Origin: Octopus sinensis
Lineage: Eukaryota
Reading direction: 5' to 3'
DNA: 64,000 nucleotides
NCBI RefSeq assembly: GCF_006345805.1
Contig: NC_042998.1
Coordinates: 205,468,001-205,532,000 of the forward strand
The position numbers and the translations under genes are program-made. Below the pieces are notes generated by a model. It saw nothing but the letters and a program-made list of their open reading frames with translations, did no database searches and was not told the DNA's origin. This document shows, one piece after another, positions 12,630 through 23,858 of the stretch. Every line of letters starts with the position of its first letter. Position 1 is the stretch's first letter.

Positions 12630-13235
12630 CTACAGCAAATATTCTGCTCCATATCACAGATTTGCTTGTCAGTTATTTGACCTGAACCTGTTGAGCATGT
12701 CCCTTAGTGGCTGATGATTTGTGCATCTCTGATCACGAGCAGAAGTAGTGGGGGAGCATCATAGCCATGTGTTCAGAGGGATTCTTTGGGGTTTGAATAA
12801 TTCACCTCTGGAAACATGGGTGTTTTGTTCACCATCCTTAAGCAAACCTTATTCAGGGACCGTTTGAGCGGGTGGGCTACTCGACCTGAAGAAAATTCTA
12901 ACTGGGCCCCACCAGCAAGGTCATGTGCTGTTTATCTTGATATGAGATCGCCATGTCGCGCACATACGGTTGTGATGCATGTACCTGGTGTACCCTTATC
13001 AGACGGGTAGTCATGATGGGTATACTGGGCTTCATATATTATCAGTGGGGCCGAGTTGTGTCGGCCCTTTTGCCTTTCCCTTGGATAACATTGGTGGCTT
13101 AGGGAGAAAGGGGAGGGACCGGAAGCTGGTATGCATGGGCGGCTGCTGGTCTTCCATAAACAACCTTGCCCGGACTTGTGCCTCAGAGCGTAATTTTCTA
13201 GGTGCAAGCCCATGGCCATTCATGACCGTATATGG
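12630..13235. mobile_element. Unclassified interspersed repeat, probably LINE-derived
   Basis: GC-richer block abutting an (AAT)n tract; resembles octopus repeat sequence from recollection only; no second copy in the window. Confidence 0.35.
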
Positions 13236-13402
13236 CCTTCACCCTTTTTACGTATACAAACCTGTGTCTTGTTTCAATGTTATTCTCACCACAGAGAGAC
13301 AGAGTGTATGGAATTCTAACCAACTCTGTTTGCAATGGACAGATGTGGACATAACGTTTTTATGGATAATATCTTTGTGAAAAGAAGGAAAAAAGAGGAA
13401 TC

Positions 13403-13446
13403 AGCAAGACTAGTTTCAGTCCTGTATTGGGATTTCATCAGAAGCT
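13403..13446 (-). ncRNA. Degenerate minimal hammerhead ribozyme motif
   Basis: Minus strand reads AGCTT-CTGATGA-AATCCC(AATAC)AGGACT-GAAAC(TA)GTC-TTGCT. Core is canonical and ACTAGT forms a palindromic stem III; stems I and II each carry mismatches. Confidence 0.55.
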
Positions 13447-13689
13447 AAGTGGCCTCTGTAACTAATAGACTGAGAGGTTAAATAAATCAGATATAGCGAT
13501 TTGTAGTATAAAGTCATGTTAGTGTGTATGTGTGTCCCGGTGTGGATCAGTGAAAACATTTTGTATTTGAGTCTGTGGGAGGCACACAACTCAAATATCA
13601 GTTATGTTATCGAATTATATTTATCGATAACATGTTTGAAGTAAGGCTGCAATCCAATGACTGAAACCATGCAGAAGAGTAGAGTCTTC

Positions 13690-13897
13690 AATGCTTTGGC
13701 ACAAGGCCAGCAATTTCGAGGGAGGGGTAAATTGATCGCATTGATTCCAGTTCTCAACTGGTATTTATTTTATCGACCCTGAAAGAATGAAAGGCAAAGT
13801 CGTCCTGGGAAGAATTTGAACTCAAAATGTAAAGACGGACAAAATGCCGCTAAGCATTTTCGTCCGGCTTGCTAATGACTCTGCCAGTTCGTCGCTT
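13690..13897 (-). mobile_element. SINE family B, diverged
   Basis: Reverse-complement match: TTATCGACCCTGAAAGAATGAAAGGCAAAGTCG...GAATTTGAACTC. Confidence 0.75.
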
Positions 13898-14889
13898 TTC
13901 AGGTTATATTAAGAGATTAGCTTTATGATAGTCTGAGTGTACCTGGGTGAACGGTGTGAAGATGAAGGGGACAAGGAAGAGAACGAGGGAGGAACAATGA
14001 TTAGAATGGGTTTAGATAGGCTTTGGATATCTTTGACATTTAAGTTGAGATAGTGTAATAATGGTGGAATAGCTAGAATAGAAGAAGAAAGAAAGAGTGG
14101 GGAGTGGGGAAGACAAACACAAACAGGTTGGTGGCGTTGAAGGCGAAGGTCAGCCATGTCTTATAATTTGGTTAATTCTTTGAACGGATCATTTCCGACA
14201 GTGCCAACTTAATCTTCAAGACCATTGTCTGAGGATATCTTGGCAGACAACTATTGTAGCAGACATTACTCACAGCTGCTGTAGGTTTTCATTAACAAAG
14301 CAGAAAAATAATTAAGTAAATAAGCAGAAAGATGATCAAGACGATAAGAAATTTGTTATTTGGTTTTTCTGTTTTCGTTTTATTTTATTCTTAAATTCAT
14401 TGACGCCATCGTTTATGTATTTTATCGAATCTTTTGTGGCTTTCTGTTGATTTTTCTTAATTTTCTTGATTCTTCATTAATTTCTTGATTCACTATGAAA
14501 GCTTTCTCTTCCACAAGCCTGACTTTGATCTCTCAACCTTCTTCACTCGTAGACTTCTTGTTTAGTATCCCGAGAGCCTTCTCGTCGCCATTGTCCCTTC
14601 TGTTTGCTCTGCTTCTCCATTCCTTTGGCTGGACGCCATTGTCAACACCTGGACACACATTAAACTGTCGTCGTGTAGAGACATGCGCCTTTCACCTGCC
14701 CAGTCACTGCAATGATTAATACACACACACACACGCATTCACACTTACACACACACACTCACACTTACAGAAACATACACGCTCTCAGAATTACACACAC
14801 ACATACGTTCTCTCCTTCTCTGTCTCTCTCTCTCTCGCGCGCGCGCTTAAATAACTTTTTGCTGCTTTTCTTTTGAAATGTTCAAAGTG

Positions 14890-15123
14890 AAGGCGGCGAG
14901 CTGGCAGAAACGTTAGAACGCCGGACGAAATGCGTAGCCGTACTTCGTCTGCCGTTATGTTCTGAGTTCAAATTCCGCCGAGGTCAACTTTGCCTTTCAT
15001 TCTTTCGGGGTCGATAAATTAAGTTCTAGTTACGCACTGGGGTCGATGTAATCGACTTAATACCTTTGTCTGTCCTTGTTTGTCCCTTCTATGTTTAGCC
15101 CCTTGTGGGCAATAAAGAAATAA
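14890..15123 (+). mobile_element. SINE family B, full length
   Basis: GGCGGCGAGCTGGCAGAAACGTTAG...GAGTTCAAATTCC...GCCCCTTGTGGGCAATAAAGAAATAA; a partial second head follows. Confidence 0.9.
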
Positions 15124-15746
15124 GAAACGTTAGCATGCCGAGCAAAGCAGCGGTACTTCGTCTTCCGTTACGTACTGTCCAGGGGTTCGATGATGTGTAG
15201 TATTTTGACAATACTATAAAATATAGAACTGATTATACGTATTGAACACAAGGAGTCGCTTCGATCGCCTGTTATCCTTCATTATAAATTGATAACTTCA
15301 TGTCATACGAAAGAAATCATTTTTATCATTAAAAAACACTTTGAAACAACTCGGATTCAGGATCACAATTCCGCTGTAGAGATTGTTTGGTTTTTCTCCC
15401 TTTTGTGCTTTTAAAAAATAGTTAAACAACTGAAGTGGTTGTAAATATAACTGAATAAACCTTTCCCTCCCCATCATCCGTAGCCTTGTCTTTAATTTAG
15501 AATTTATTAAAGTAATTAAGACATGAAATGGTAGAATTGGTAGATTGCCTGGAAAAATTTAGTTGTTTTCCTTCACCTTTGGAATTTAAGAAGCAATCAG
15601 TCAATTTCACATTTCACTTTTGAGTTGAGAAAATCAATAAAAGTTGTTGCTGTTGTTTAGCCACAGGCCAGCCTTGATCGGATGCAGCTATCATCCAGGG
15701 TACTCCAACACCTTTTCTTTATCTACGACCCCATTATATAAAGTTA

Positions 15747-17575
15747 CTAGCAGCATCGCCCGGCGTTGCTCGGGTTTGTTTCGACCCTTTAGAATTGGAA
15801 TTTTTGAAAAGTAAAAATTTTGCATTATGTAGCTTGTTATTCTCTTTAAGTGAACATTTTTCTGGTTGAAATACACCGAAAAATGGCGACACAGCTGTCA
15901 AAAAATCGTAAAAAATAGGGATTTTCATAGAAAAATAGCACCTTTTTGATGCAAATAATTTTTGGTGTTAACATGGTCCAATTTGAATTTTTTCTTCTAC
16001 AGAATGAAGAGCAAGCCTTCTTCTATCATACTCTCAATTTTGGTCAACTTGCGCCGCAGGGTCTCGGAGGAGATAGTGTTTGTTGAAGGCTACCAAACCT
16101 GCCATACACAGACAACTTCAGCTTTACATATATATATATGTCGTCTGGGTTCTTCCAATTCTTCGTGTGTCGGCGTCCATGCTCGCACCTGCACCTGTCT
16201 TGCTCCTCCCCTTCTTTCCCTCCCTCGTGAAGCTGTGGGGAAGGGGAGGGTAGGGAAAACACACGTCGTAAGCGTTGCCAAGGAGACCACCGTTCTTCTC
16301 GAAGAACGACTTCATGGCTTTGAAGTCGCCATGCTCAAAGCAGAGAATGGCGAGGAAAGCCGAAGAGGAATTTAGAAAATGGGGAAACACGCCACACAAA
16401 GGCAGGTTTCCCGTGCAAAGAATTGGCACAACCGAATGTGTTTATTGGTTGTTGCGCAATAGACGCCATTGATTGTTGAAATTGCAGAAGCAGAGAAAAA
16501 AACAGCAAATATCTTAGAAACTCTAGAATTTTCTGAATAAAGCCAAGAGAAAAAAATGTTTTATTTTGACAGATTCTACAAAAATACGAAGTTTAGAATT
16601 TTTGGGAAAAGAACGGTGGTCTCCATGACAACGCTTCACAGGTGCAGGTGTGAGCCTGGACGCCGACACACGGAAAATTGGTGGTGGTTGTGGTGGTGGT
16701 GGTGGTGGTGGTGGTGGTGGTGGGGTTGTGGTGGTGGTTGTGGTGGTGGTGGTGGTGGTGTTGGTGGTGGTGGTGGTGGTGGTGGTGGTGGAGGTGGTGG
16801 CGGTGATGATGATGGTGATGGTGGTGGTGGTGGAGTTGGTGGTGGTGGTGATGGTGGTGGTGGAGATGTTGTTGTTGTTGGTGGTGGTGGTGATGGTGGA
16901 GTTGGTGGTGGTGGTGGAGTTGGAGATGGTGGTGGTGGTGGTGGTGGTGGAGTTGGTGGTGATGGTGGTGGTGGTGGAGTTGTTGTTGGTGGTGATGGTG
17001 GTGGTGATGGTGATGGTGGTGGTGGAGTTGGAGATGGTGGTGATGGTGGTGGTGGTGGAGATGTTGTTGGTGGTGGTGGTGGTGGTGATGGTGGTGTGGT
17101 GGTGGTGGTGGTGGTGGTGGTGGTGGTGGTGGAGTTGGTGGTGGTGGTGGAGTTGGAGATGGGGTGGTGGTGGTGGTGGTGGTGGTGGTGGTGGAGTTGG
17201 TGGTGATGGTGGTGGTGGTGGAGTTGTTGGTGGTGGTGGTGGTGGTGGTGGTGGTGGTGGTGGTGATGGTGGTGGTGGTGTTGGTGGAGTTGGCGGTGGT
17301 GGTGGTGGTGGTGGTGGGTGGTGGTGGTGGTGGTGGTCGTCGTCGTCGTCGTCGTCGTCGTCGTTCCACATCACATCACACGATTTCTCCATATTCCCAA
17401 TTAAGGAATTTTCAAACATCAATAAAAATTTTTTTCATCAAACAATGATATCCAAGAGTTTTTCTTTTGCAACCCATTAAAATTTGCTTCACTCTTCAAA
17501 CATTTTCAAAGATGTCTTCTTTTATATCGGAAGCGAGAAACTCGGAATAAACATTTATAAAGTTTCAGCTTTATG
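15747..17575 (-). mobile_element. Composite of non-autonomous Helitron segments enclosing a (GGT)n array
   Basis: Minus-strand 3' end A|CTAG...CCCGGCGTTGCTCGGG at 15747-15775; two TTCAGCTTTA(C/T) 5'-end-like motifs at about 16118 and 17565; 16200-16340 is homologous to the interior of the Helitron at 19630-19770. Confidence 0.6.
16680..17362. repeat. (GGT)n trinucleotide array with GAT/GGA/GTT variants, ending in (CGT)n
   Basis: Directly visible; source of the poly-Pro/His/Thr/Gly/Val ORFs. Confidence 0.97.
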
Positions 17576-17634
17576 TATGTATGTATGTATGTATGTATGT
17601 ATGTATGTATGTATGTATGTGTATGTATGTTTAT

Positions 17635-18641
17635 GTGGAGGTCGTTCTCTTTTAGCTAACTCTCCATAAAAGAGTTGTTTTGGCATCCTTGAATCCTTAA
17701 TCATGACAGAGACCACCCATCTGAGCCTTTGCTTTAGCACAAGAGCTTCTATACTTCACACCGAGAGCCTTCCAATATTTCAAGATCACTGATGCGGTCC
17801 TTCCCTTAATGCCATAGATCCGTCTTAGACACTTCTGATGGAAACATTCCAGTTGTTTAAGGTGGTATCGATATGTGACCCACGTCTCGCAGGCATAGAG
17901 AAGAGAAGGGAGCACACATGCCTTGTACACCTTTATCTTTGTCTTTCTGCATATGTCTCGCCGACTCCAGAGGCGCTTTTGTAGCCTTCCAAAAGCAACA
18001 CTTGCTTTCCTAATTCTATATGGAATTTCATCATCCAAATTGCTATATCTATTAATAGTGCTTCCCAGGTATAAGGACTTGCTGAAGGCTTCCTTAAGAG
18101 ATGCTTGCATCTCTCCTGACACATGGGAAGGCATAGCTATTGATCGTAGCAGGTGGAGAAGGATTGTGCACGAGGGGACAGCCACTTTTGAGAAATCTCG
18201 AGTTGCACATGAGAAAGTAAGGAGGGATGTCAGGAAGGGCATCGCTGTTACACTTCCAGATGGGAAGGGTCTTCCCATGATGCTGACATGCAGTGTCTGT
18301 GCAAGACCCTGCCTCAGTAAAGCTGGACTCAGGAGTCCTCTTCGTAGTCATAAAGCGAGACAGATGAGTGACAACCTGGCTACTGGTGGTGGTGTAACAC
18401 ACCATACTAATCATATCTGTCGGGCATGTGGAAGAGAGTGTAATTCGGCAGGAGGACTTAAACGACATGCAAAGGTACATGAAGCCCAGTTACAACTACA
18501 GCCGGCTATTACCGGTAATGGTTTTAGTTGCCAATTCTGTACAAGACTGGGCTAAAAAGTCACATTCGATCACACCGCCAGTAACAGTTAAGCTTCGTGC
18601 AATGGCCATACTCGATAACGAGGGGGCAGCCATAATAATAA
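17635..18641 (+). mobile_element. RTE-clade LINE, 5'-truncated, with an inverted 5' segment; C-terminus has C2H2 zinc fingers
   Basis: Minus 18071-17635 encodes YLGSTI...LLYACETW...RMPKQLFYGEL (RT C-terminal region). Plus 18067 onward encodes RYKDLLKASL...CSVCARPC...CRACGREC...HAKVH, followed by an (ATA)n tail. TSD TGTATGTATGTTTAT at 17620-17634 and 18642-18656. Confidence 0.85.
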
Positions 18642-19386
18642 TGTATGTATGTTTATATGTATGTTTGTATGCATGTATGTATGTATGTATGCATGCATGT
18701 ATGTATACATGAAGATTTATGTTTTGTTTTATGTATGTATTCTCATGCATATAGTTGCATATCTAGACATGCTCATTTATTTTCAAATGATGCATGTATG
18801 TATGTGTGTGTGTTTGTGCGCATGTGTGTATGTATTATGTATGCTTATACATACACACACATACAGTAATGCCTCAGTATATGAGTTAATTTGTTCCCGG
18901 AGACCACTTGTAACGTGAAAACTCTTTAAAGCAGAGCAATAATTTCCCATAGTAGCAATGTTATAAATCATAATTTGTTCTCTCAAAAATATTTTACCTA
19001 TAAATTTATAATACTCGTAATAAATAGCAATATAAAACACACATAGTAGAATATTAAAGAATATTTTACTTATAAGGTAAAAGAGGGTCAAGATAATTTA
19101 TATGATAAAAAAATATTATTAAATTATAATCGTTTTCTGAATCACTTTCATTTAGACTAGACTCGTGCACACCATCACTTGTAAATGTGATCACCAATTC
19201 ACAAGCACTCGTAGACGGACTTGGAGATTTCTTTTTAAAAAAAACAAGTCTAGAGTTTTTGCTTAGAAAGGGGGGGGGGGGGGCTCTGTAAGTGTTTCGC
19301 TAACACTCACATCCATTTGTTATGGTAGTGTTGCCACATGTTGCGACATTGCCATACACACACAAAATGGCTGTTTAACTTTTCAA

Positions 19387-19886
19387 TCTATATATATAAA
19401 ACTTAGTGTGTGAGAGGGTCGTCCCCTTCGATTTAGATTCCTAACTCCTCCCACATTTTGCGGTGCAGTTTAACCAAATTCGGGGTCTTATAGTCGTGAT
19501 TATCGAGCCCGTTGACTATTAGCGCGCGTCAACGATGAGTCTCGATTTTAAAAATAATTTAACATCATTTTTTATTCCATTTAATGCATAAAATGCATCG
19601 TATGTCGATGGCGGCGGAGTGGCGTCGACGCGCACAGCTGCACTGTTTGCTTCTCCCCTTCCCTCCTCGTGAAGCTGTGTGGGAAGGGAGTGGAGTGTAA
19701 AGAAATCAACGTCGTAATGCGTTGTGAAGGAAACCAGCGTTCTTTTAGAACAACGACTTCATGGCTTGAAGACACCAAAACAGAAATGGCTAAAGAAAGC
19801 CCGAATTTATAAGGGAAGTAACTCTATAAAATGCTTATATAGTTATTTCCCTTACAAATCCGAGCAACGCCGGGCGATACTGCTAG
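19387..19886 (+). mobile_element. Non-autonomous Helitron
   Basis: A|TCTATATATATAAAA start; CCCGAGCAACGCCGGGCGATACTGCTAG|T end; homologous to 4879-5275 with an extra internal segment. Confidence 0.85.
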
Positions 19887-20399
19887 TTTATTATAAAATA
19901 AAACTCGTAAACCTGGGGTATTGTAAAGCGAGTCCTCGTAAAGTGAGGTATTAAACAGATTTGCGTTGCGGCTTCTGCACTGTGTGAATGGATGGTTGAA
20001 TAAGTTGGAGTAAACAAGAAGGATTACAGAGGGACATTTATTTGCAATCATTTATTCATATATATATATATATATAAGTAAATAAATGGAGTTGAACGCA
20101 GATGCTATTCAAATTCTTTTAATTTCGACCACAAAGAGCGATCTTTACAAACGTAAGCATTGCGGAAGAAAACATACCTTAGCTCTATAAGTGATTTACC
20201 AGTCTTTTTAGTTTGAACATTTGTTCACCTTGCACTTACTTCAATAGAGAAATCTATTCCAAGCCTTTGAACATTTTTTCAACCAATATATCCCTATTTA
20301 TTTGTTCTCTACTTATTACTTTTTACCATTCTCTTCCTAGGGTCTGCCTTAGACGTTGGATCTACTAACGGTTTTTAAAAAAAAAAATTAATGTGTTCT

Positions 20400-20744
20400 G
20401 TTTATCATTTATGCAGTCATCAAAATTGTTATAATGTCTTGTTGTTGAGATAAGTTCTCTTTCTTTCCTGATGAGAAGATTGCATTTTACACCGTTTATT
20501 CCTTTGGAATAAAACTAATGTTGTCTTTGAAACATATGTCGAAAGTAAAAGAATTTGAATAGCATATTCGTTCAACTCCATTTATTTACTTATACTATAC
20601 AAATTACTGCACATTAACCCGGAGTTTCTACCTTTGAATAGGTCGCTACATCCTTGTTACTTGCCTGAATTTTGCTACCCTACTAACTGTTTATTGAATT
20701 TTCCATGTCAATGGTAAACAAAGGATAATTCATTCAACCATTAC

Positions 20745-20745
<1 letters not shown>
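20400..20745 (+). mobile_element. Penelope-like pLTR fragment, family A
   Basis: Homologous to 23460-23785; an inverted partial copy lies at 20078-20128; followed by (TA)n. Confidence 0.65.
20463..20545 (+). ncRNA. Type I hammerhead ribozyme motif, family A
   Basis: CTTTC-CTGATGA-GAAGA[long loop]TCTTT-GAAAC(ATAT)GTC-GAAAG; G-U closes stem II; predicted cleavage after 20540. Confidence 0.78.
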
Positions 20746-20813
<68 letters not shown>

Positions 20814-20919
20814 AGAGAGAGAGAAAGAGAAGTGAAAGGGTAAAATGAACTTGCTGTGAGGAGTGGAATATCCAACGTTTCCGATGTAATCCTTCGTCAG
20901 GGGGTACAGATACGCACAC

Positions 20920-21700
20920 ACAACGAAATGACAATTATTGATAGCATCAAAATAGAGGAATCTGATGTGATATCGGTTATTGATGAAATGAGCTCAAACA
21001 CTGATCGTTTCCCATCAATCCTCCTAAAGAAATGCAAAAGTGCTCTAGCAAAATCACTTCAGATTCTCTTCCAGAGCTTCCTCACAACTGGGAATATTCC
21101 CCAAAACGTTAAAAGAAGGCAGAAGGGAGGTAACAGAGAAGATGTTAAGAATTACAGTCCTGTCACCCTAACTTCCCACGCAGGCAAAGTCATGGAACGC
21201 GTTGTCAGGAAGAAACTAATTGCGTTCCCAGTAGATAATGACTTGCTTCCAGACACCCAGAATGGTTTTCGCTGAGGCAGAACCTGCCTTACACAGCTTT
21301 TACAGTTCTATGACTGGGTGCTGAAACAATTAATGAATTGCTCAAATGTAAATGTGATATATTTTGACTTTGATAAGGTCGATCATGGCTTGATATGTCA
21401 CAAGCTATAGAGACTTGGCATAATCAGAAAACTCAGAGAGTGGTTGCATGACTTCTTAAAAGGCAGAAGCCAGGCTGTAGCAGCCAACGGAGTCCACTCC
21501 AGGGAGACAGTAATAGAGAGTGGACTGCCTCAGGGAACGGTATTGGGGCCACTGCTGTTCATGGTTGCTCTTTCAGACATGCCATCAGTTACACACATAG
21601 TTACACTTACTATCTATGCCGACGACAGGAAAGTAGTACAAGCAGTCAAGAAGCCTTCTGATGCCAATCTTCAACAGAAAGACCTAGATGCCGTATTGGA
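20920..21700 (+). pseudogene. CR1/L2-group LINE reverse transcriptase fragment
   Basis: KNYSPVTLTSHAGKVMERVV, QNGFR, YFDFDKVDH, GLPQGTVLGPLLF and IYADD motifs, with stops. Confidence 0.9.
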
Positions 21701-21783
21701 GCAGGACTGCAAATTACCAATCCCCTACGCTTACCAATCACCAACGATTGTTTTGCGCGTGTATACTTACGCACATACGTGCG

Positions 21784-21829
<46 letters not shown>

Positions 21830-21831
<2 letters not shown>

Positions 21832-21991
21832 CTTGCTTACCAACCATATGGTTCTGGGTTCAGTCCCACTGCGTGGCACCTTGGGCAGTGTCTTCTGCTA
21901 TAGCCTCAGGCCGACCAAAGCCTTGTGAGTGGATTTGGTAGACGGAAACTGAAAGAAGCCCGTCGTATATATATGTGTGTGTGTTTGTGTG

Positions 21992-22029
<38 letters not shown>

Positions 22030-22228
22030 GTGTGTCTGTGTTTGTACCCCCCCCAATATCGCTTGACAACCGATGCTGGTGTGTTTACGTCCCCTTAACT
22101 TAGCGGTTCAGCAAAAGAGATCGATAGAATAAGTACTAGGCTTACAAAGAATAAGTCCTGGGGTCGATTTGCTCGACTAAAGACAGTGCTCCAGCATGGC
22201 CACAGTCAAATGACTGAAACATGTAAGA
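21830..22228 (+). mobile_element. SINE family A in sense orientation
   Basis: tRNA-like B box GGGTTCAGTCCC, CCTTGGGCAGTGTCTTC motif, internal (TG)n, and 3' CAAATGACTGAAAC. Confidence 0.88.
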
Positions 22229-22247
22229 GAGAGAGTAAAAGAGTGTA

Positions 22248-22282
<35 letters not shown>

Positions 22283-22287
<5 letters not shown>

Positions 22288-22880
22288 TCAATATTAGGGT
22301 AGCAAAAAATTCAATAGAAATTATTTTGGCACCAGCGGTCTAGTGAGAAAGAGGAAATAGTCAGGGACTATTAATAAATTCAACAATAAATTGAATTTAT
22401 TAATAGTCTCTGACTATTTCCTCTTTCTCACTAGACCGCTGGTGGCAAAATAATTTCTATTGAATTTTTTGCTACCCTAATATTGATTAATTGATAATTT
22501 TCTGATTAATTCCGAAATTGAATCGGCAGTTAATATTTGCTGCCGATAAGTTGGCGCGAGTACGATGACTTTGAAAATTTTAGGTCAGATATTACCTAGG
22601 CATTTCTGTCCCTTCTGGCTTCTTTACTGATGAGCACGTTGGCCTTTTGGAAGATTGACTTGATTAAGTTTAATTTAATTTAATTAGGCTGGTTTGCCAT
22701 TAAAAAACGCCGAAACAATGCATTGTCTAAAGAAGAACAGGGTAAATGTTTTTTTAATTTTTCCTCTGATTTCGGAATTACTACTATTTGCGGTTGGAGC
22801 CCTGGCTGCTATTTCTAGTGGGTCGAACGGCCTATTATAGCCGTTCCTCAATTGTTGTTGAATATATATATATATATATA
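22283..22880 (+). mobile_element. Penelope-like fold-back element, family B (palindrome 22283-22491 plus pLTR with hammerhead)
   Basis: Arms of about 101 bp with a 7-nt spacer (22384-22390) and 2 visible mismatches; flanked by (TA)n; hammerhead at 22619-22735. Confidence 0.7.
22619..22735 (+). ncRNA. Type I hammerhead ribozyme with canonical core and extended stem II
   Basis: CTTCTTTA-CTGATGA-[78 nt]-GAAAC-AATGCATT-GTC-TAAAGAAG: perfect 8-bp stem I; stem III ACAA/TTGT closed by TGCA; predicted cleavage after C22727. Confidence 0.8.
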
Positions 22881-23019
22881 TTAGCTGCCTTCTCTTATAC
22901 GAACAAAGCCGTTGCAAGAAAGATTCACTGAAATGAGTCATTGTCGATGCAATGTGAGTCCCTTGTATGACTCTTGAGTCCGGCGAAAGCTCTTCACATT
23001 CTATTACATAATACACAGC

Positions 23020-23205
23020 TGTGCTTGCTGGCAGAAGAAACAGGTGCCAAAGTATATATTGTTCGCATTGTTTTAGCCTTCGAATGACGCCACCCCGCTG
23101 GCTAAGCGAGCAGGCCAATAGAAGAAAGAGTGGTGAAAGAGTACAGCAGGGATCACCACCCCCTGTCGAGCCTCGTGGAACTTTTAGGTGTTCGCTCAAT
23201 AAACA

Positions 23206-23208
<3 letters not shown>
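23020..23208 (-). mobile_element. SINE fragment (third family)
   Basis: Minus strand TGAGTGTTTATTGAGCGAACACCTAAAAGTTCCACGAGGCTC...CCCTGCTGTACTCTTTCACCAC resembles an octopus tRNA-SINE body (from recollection). Confidence 0.55.
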
Positions 23209-23266
<58 letters not shown>

Positions 23267-23303
23267 GGAGTTGAACGAAGATGTTAATAATAAAATTCCC
23301 TTA

Positions 23304-23407
23304 CTTTCGACATATGTTTCGAAGACAACATGGTTTTATTCCAAAGACAACATGGTTTTATTCCAAAGGAATAAACGGTGTAAGATGCAATCTTCTCATC
23401 AGGAAAG
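23304..23407 (-). ncRNA. Type I hammerhead ribozyme motif, family A (left palindrome arm)
   Basis: Minus strand reads CTTTC-CTGATGA-GAAGA[loop containing the 22-nt duplication]TCTTC-GAAAC(ATAT)GTC-GAAAG. Confidence 0.8.
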
Positions 23408-23492
23408 AAAGGGGGCCTCTCTCACCACAAGACAATATAATATAATGATATATAATTATTATATTGTCTTGTTGGTGAGAGAGGCTCCCTTT

Positions 23493-23574
23493 CTTTCCTG
23501 ATGAGAAGATTGCATCTTACACCGTTTATTCCTTTGGAATAAAACCATGTTGTCTTCGAAACATATGTCGAAAG
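23493..23574 (+). ncRNA. Type I hammerhead ribozyme motif, family A (right palindrome arm)
   Basis: CTTTC(23493-97)-CTGATGA-GAAGA...TCTTC-GAAAC-ATAT-GTC(23567-69)-GAAAG; canonical core; palindromic ACATATGT stem III. Confidence 0.85.
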
Positions 23575-23858
23575 TAAGGGAATTTTATTATTAACATCTT
23601 CGTTCAACTCCATTTATTTATTTATTCATATATAACACACAAATTTCTGCACATGAACCCGGAGTTTCTACCTTTGGATAGGTCGTTTCAACCGTATTCT
23701 GACGTGAATTTGCTACCCTGGTATCGGTTCATCGAATTTTCCATGTTGACGGTAAACATAGGATAATTCATTCACCCATCGAAATATATATATATCGTTT
23801 GTAGAAAACATAAATCCGAAAGGAGAAGCACACTCTAAGATGTAGAGCAGTATATATT

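Larger units (their letters stand above)
23261..23785 (+). mobile_element. Penelope-like fold-back element, family A (palindrome 23261-23617)
   Basis: Near-perfect inverted arms of about 160-180 bp centred near 23450; the left arm has a 22-bp tandem duplication; (TA)n on both flanks. Confidence 0.72.

Noticed and set aside
14330-14720. Lys/Glu-rich minus-strand reading frame
   Set aside because: Multiple stops and no identifiable homology by eye.
17923-18555. 210-aa plus-strand ORF as a host zinc-finger gene
   Set aside because: Its first part is the antisense of the inverted RT segment and the rest is the RTE C-terminus; it is a chimera created by the inversion.
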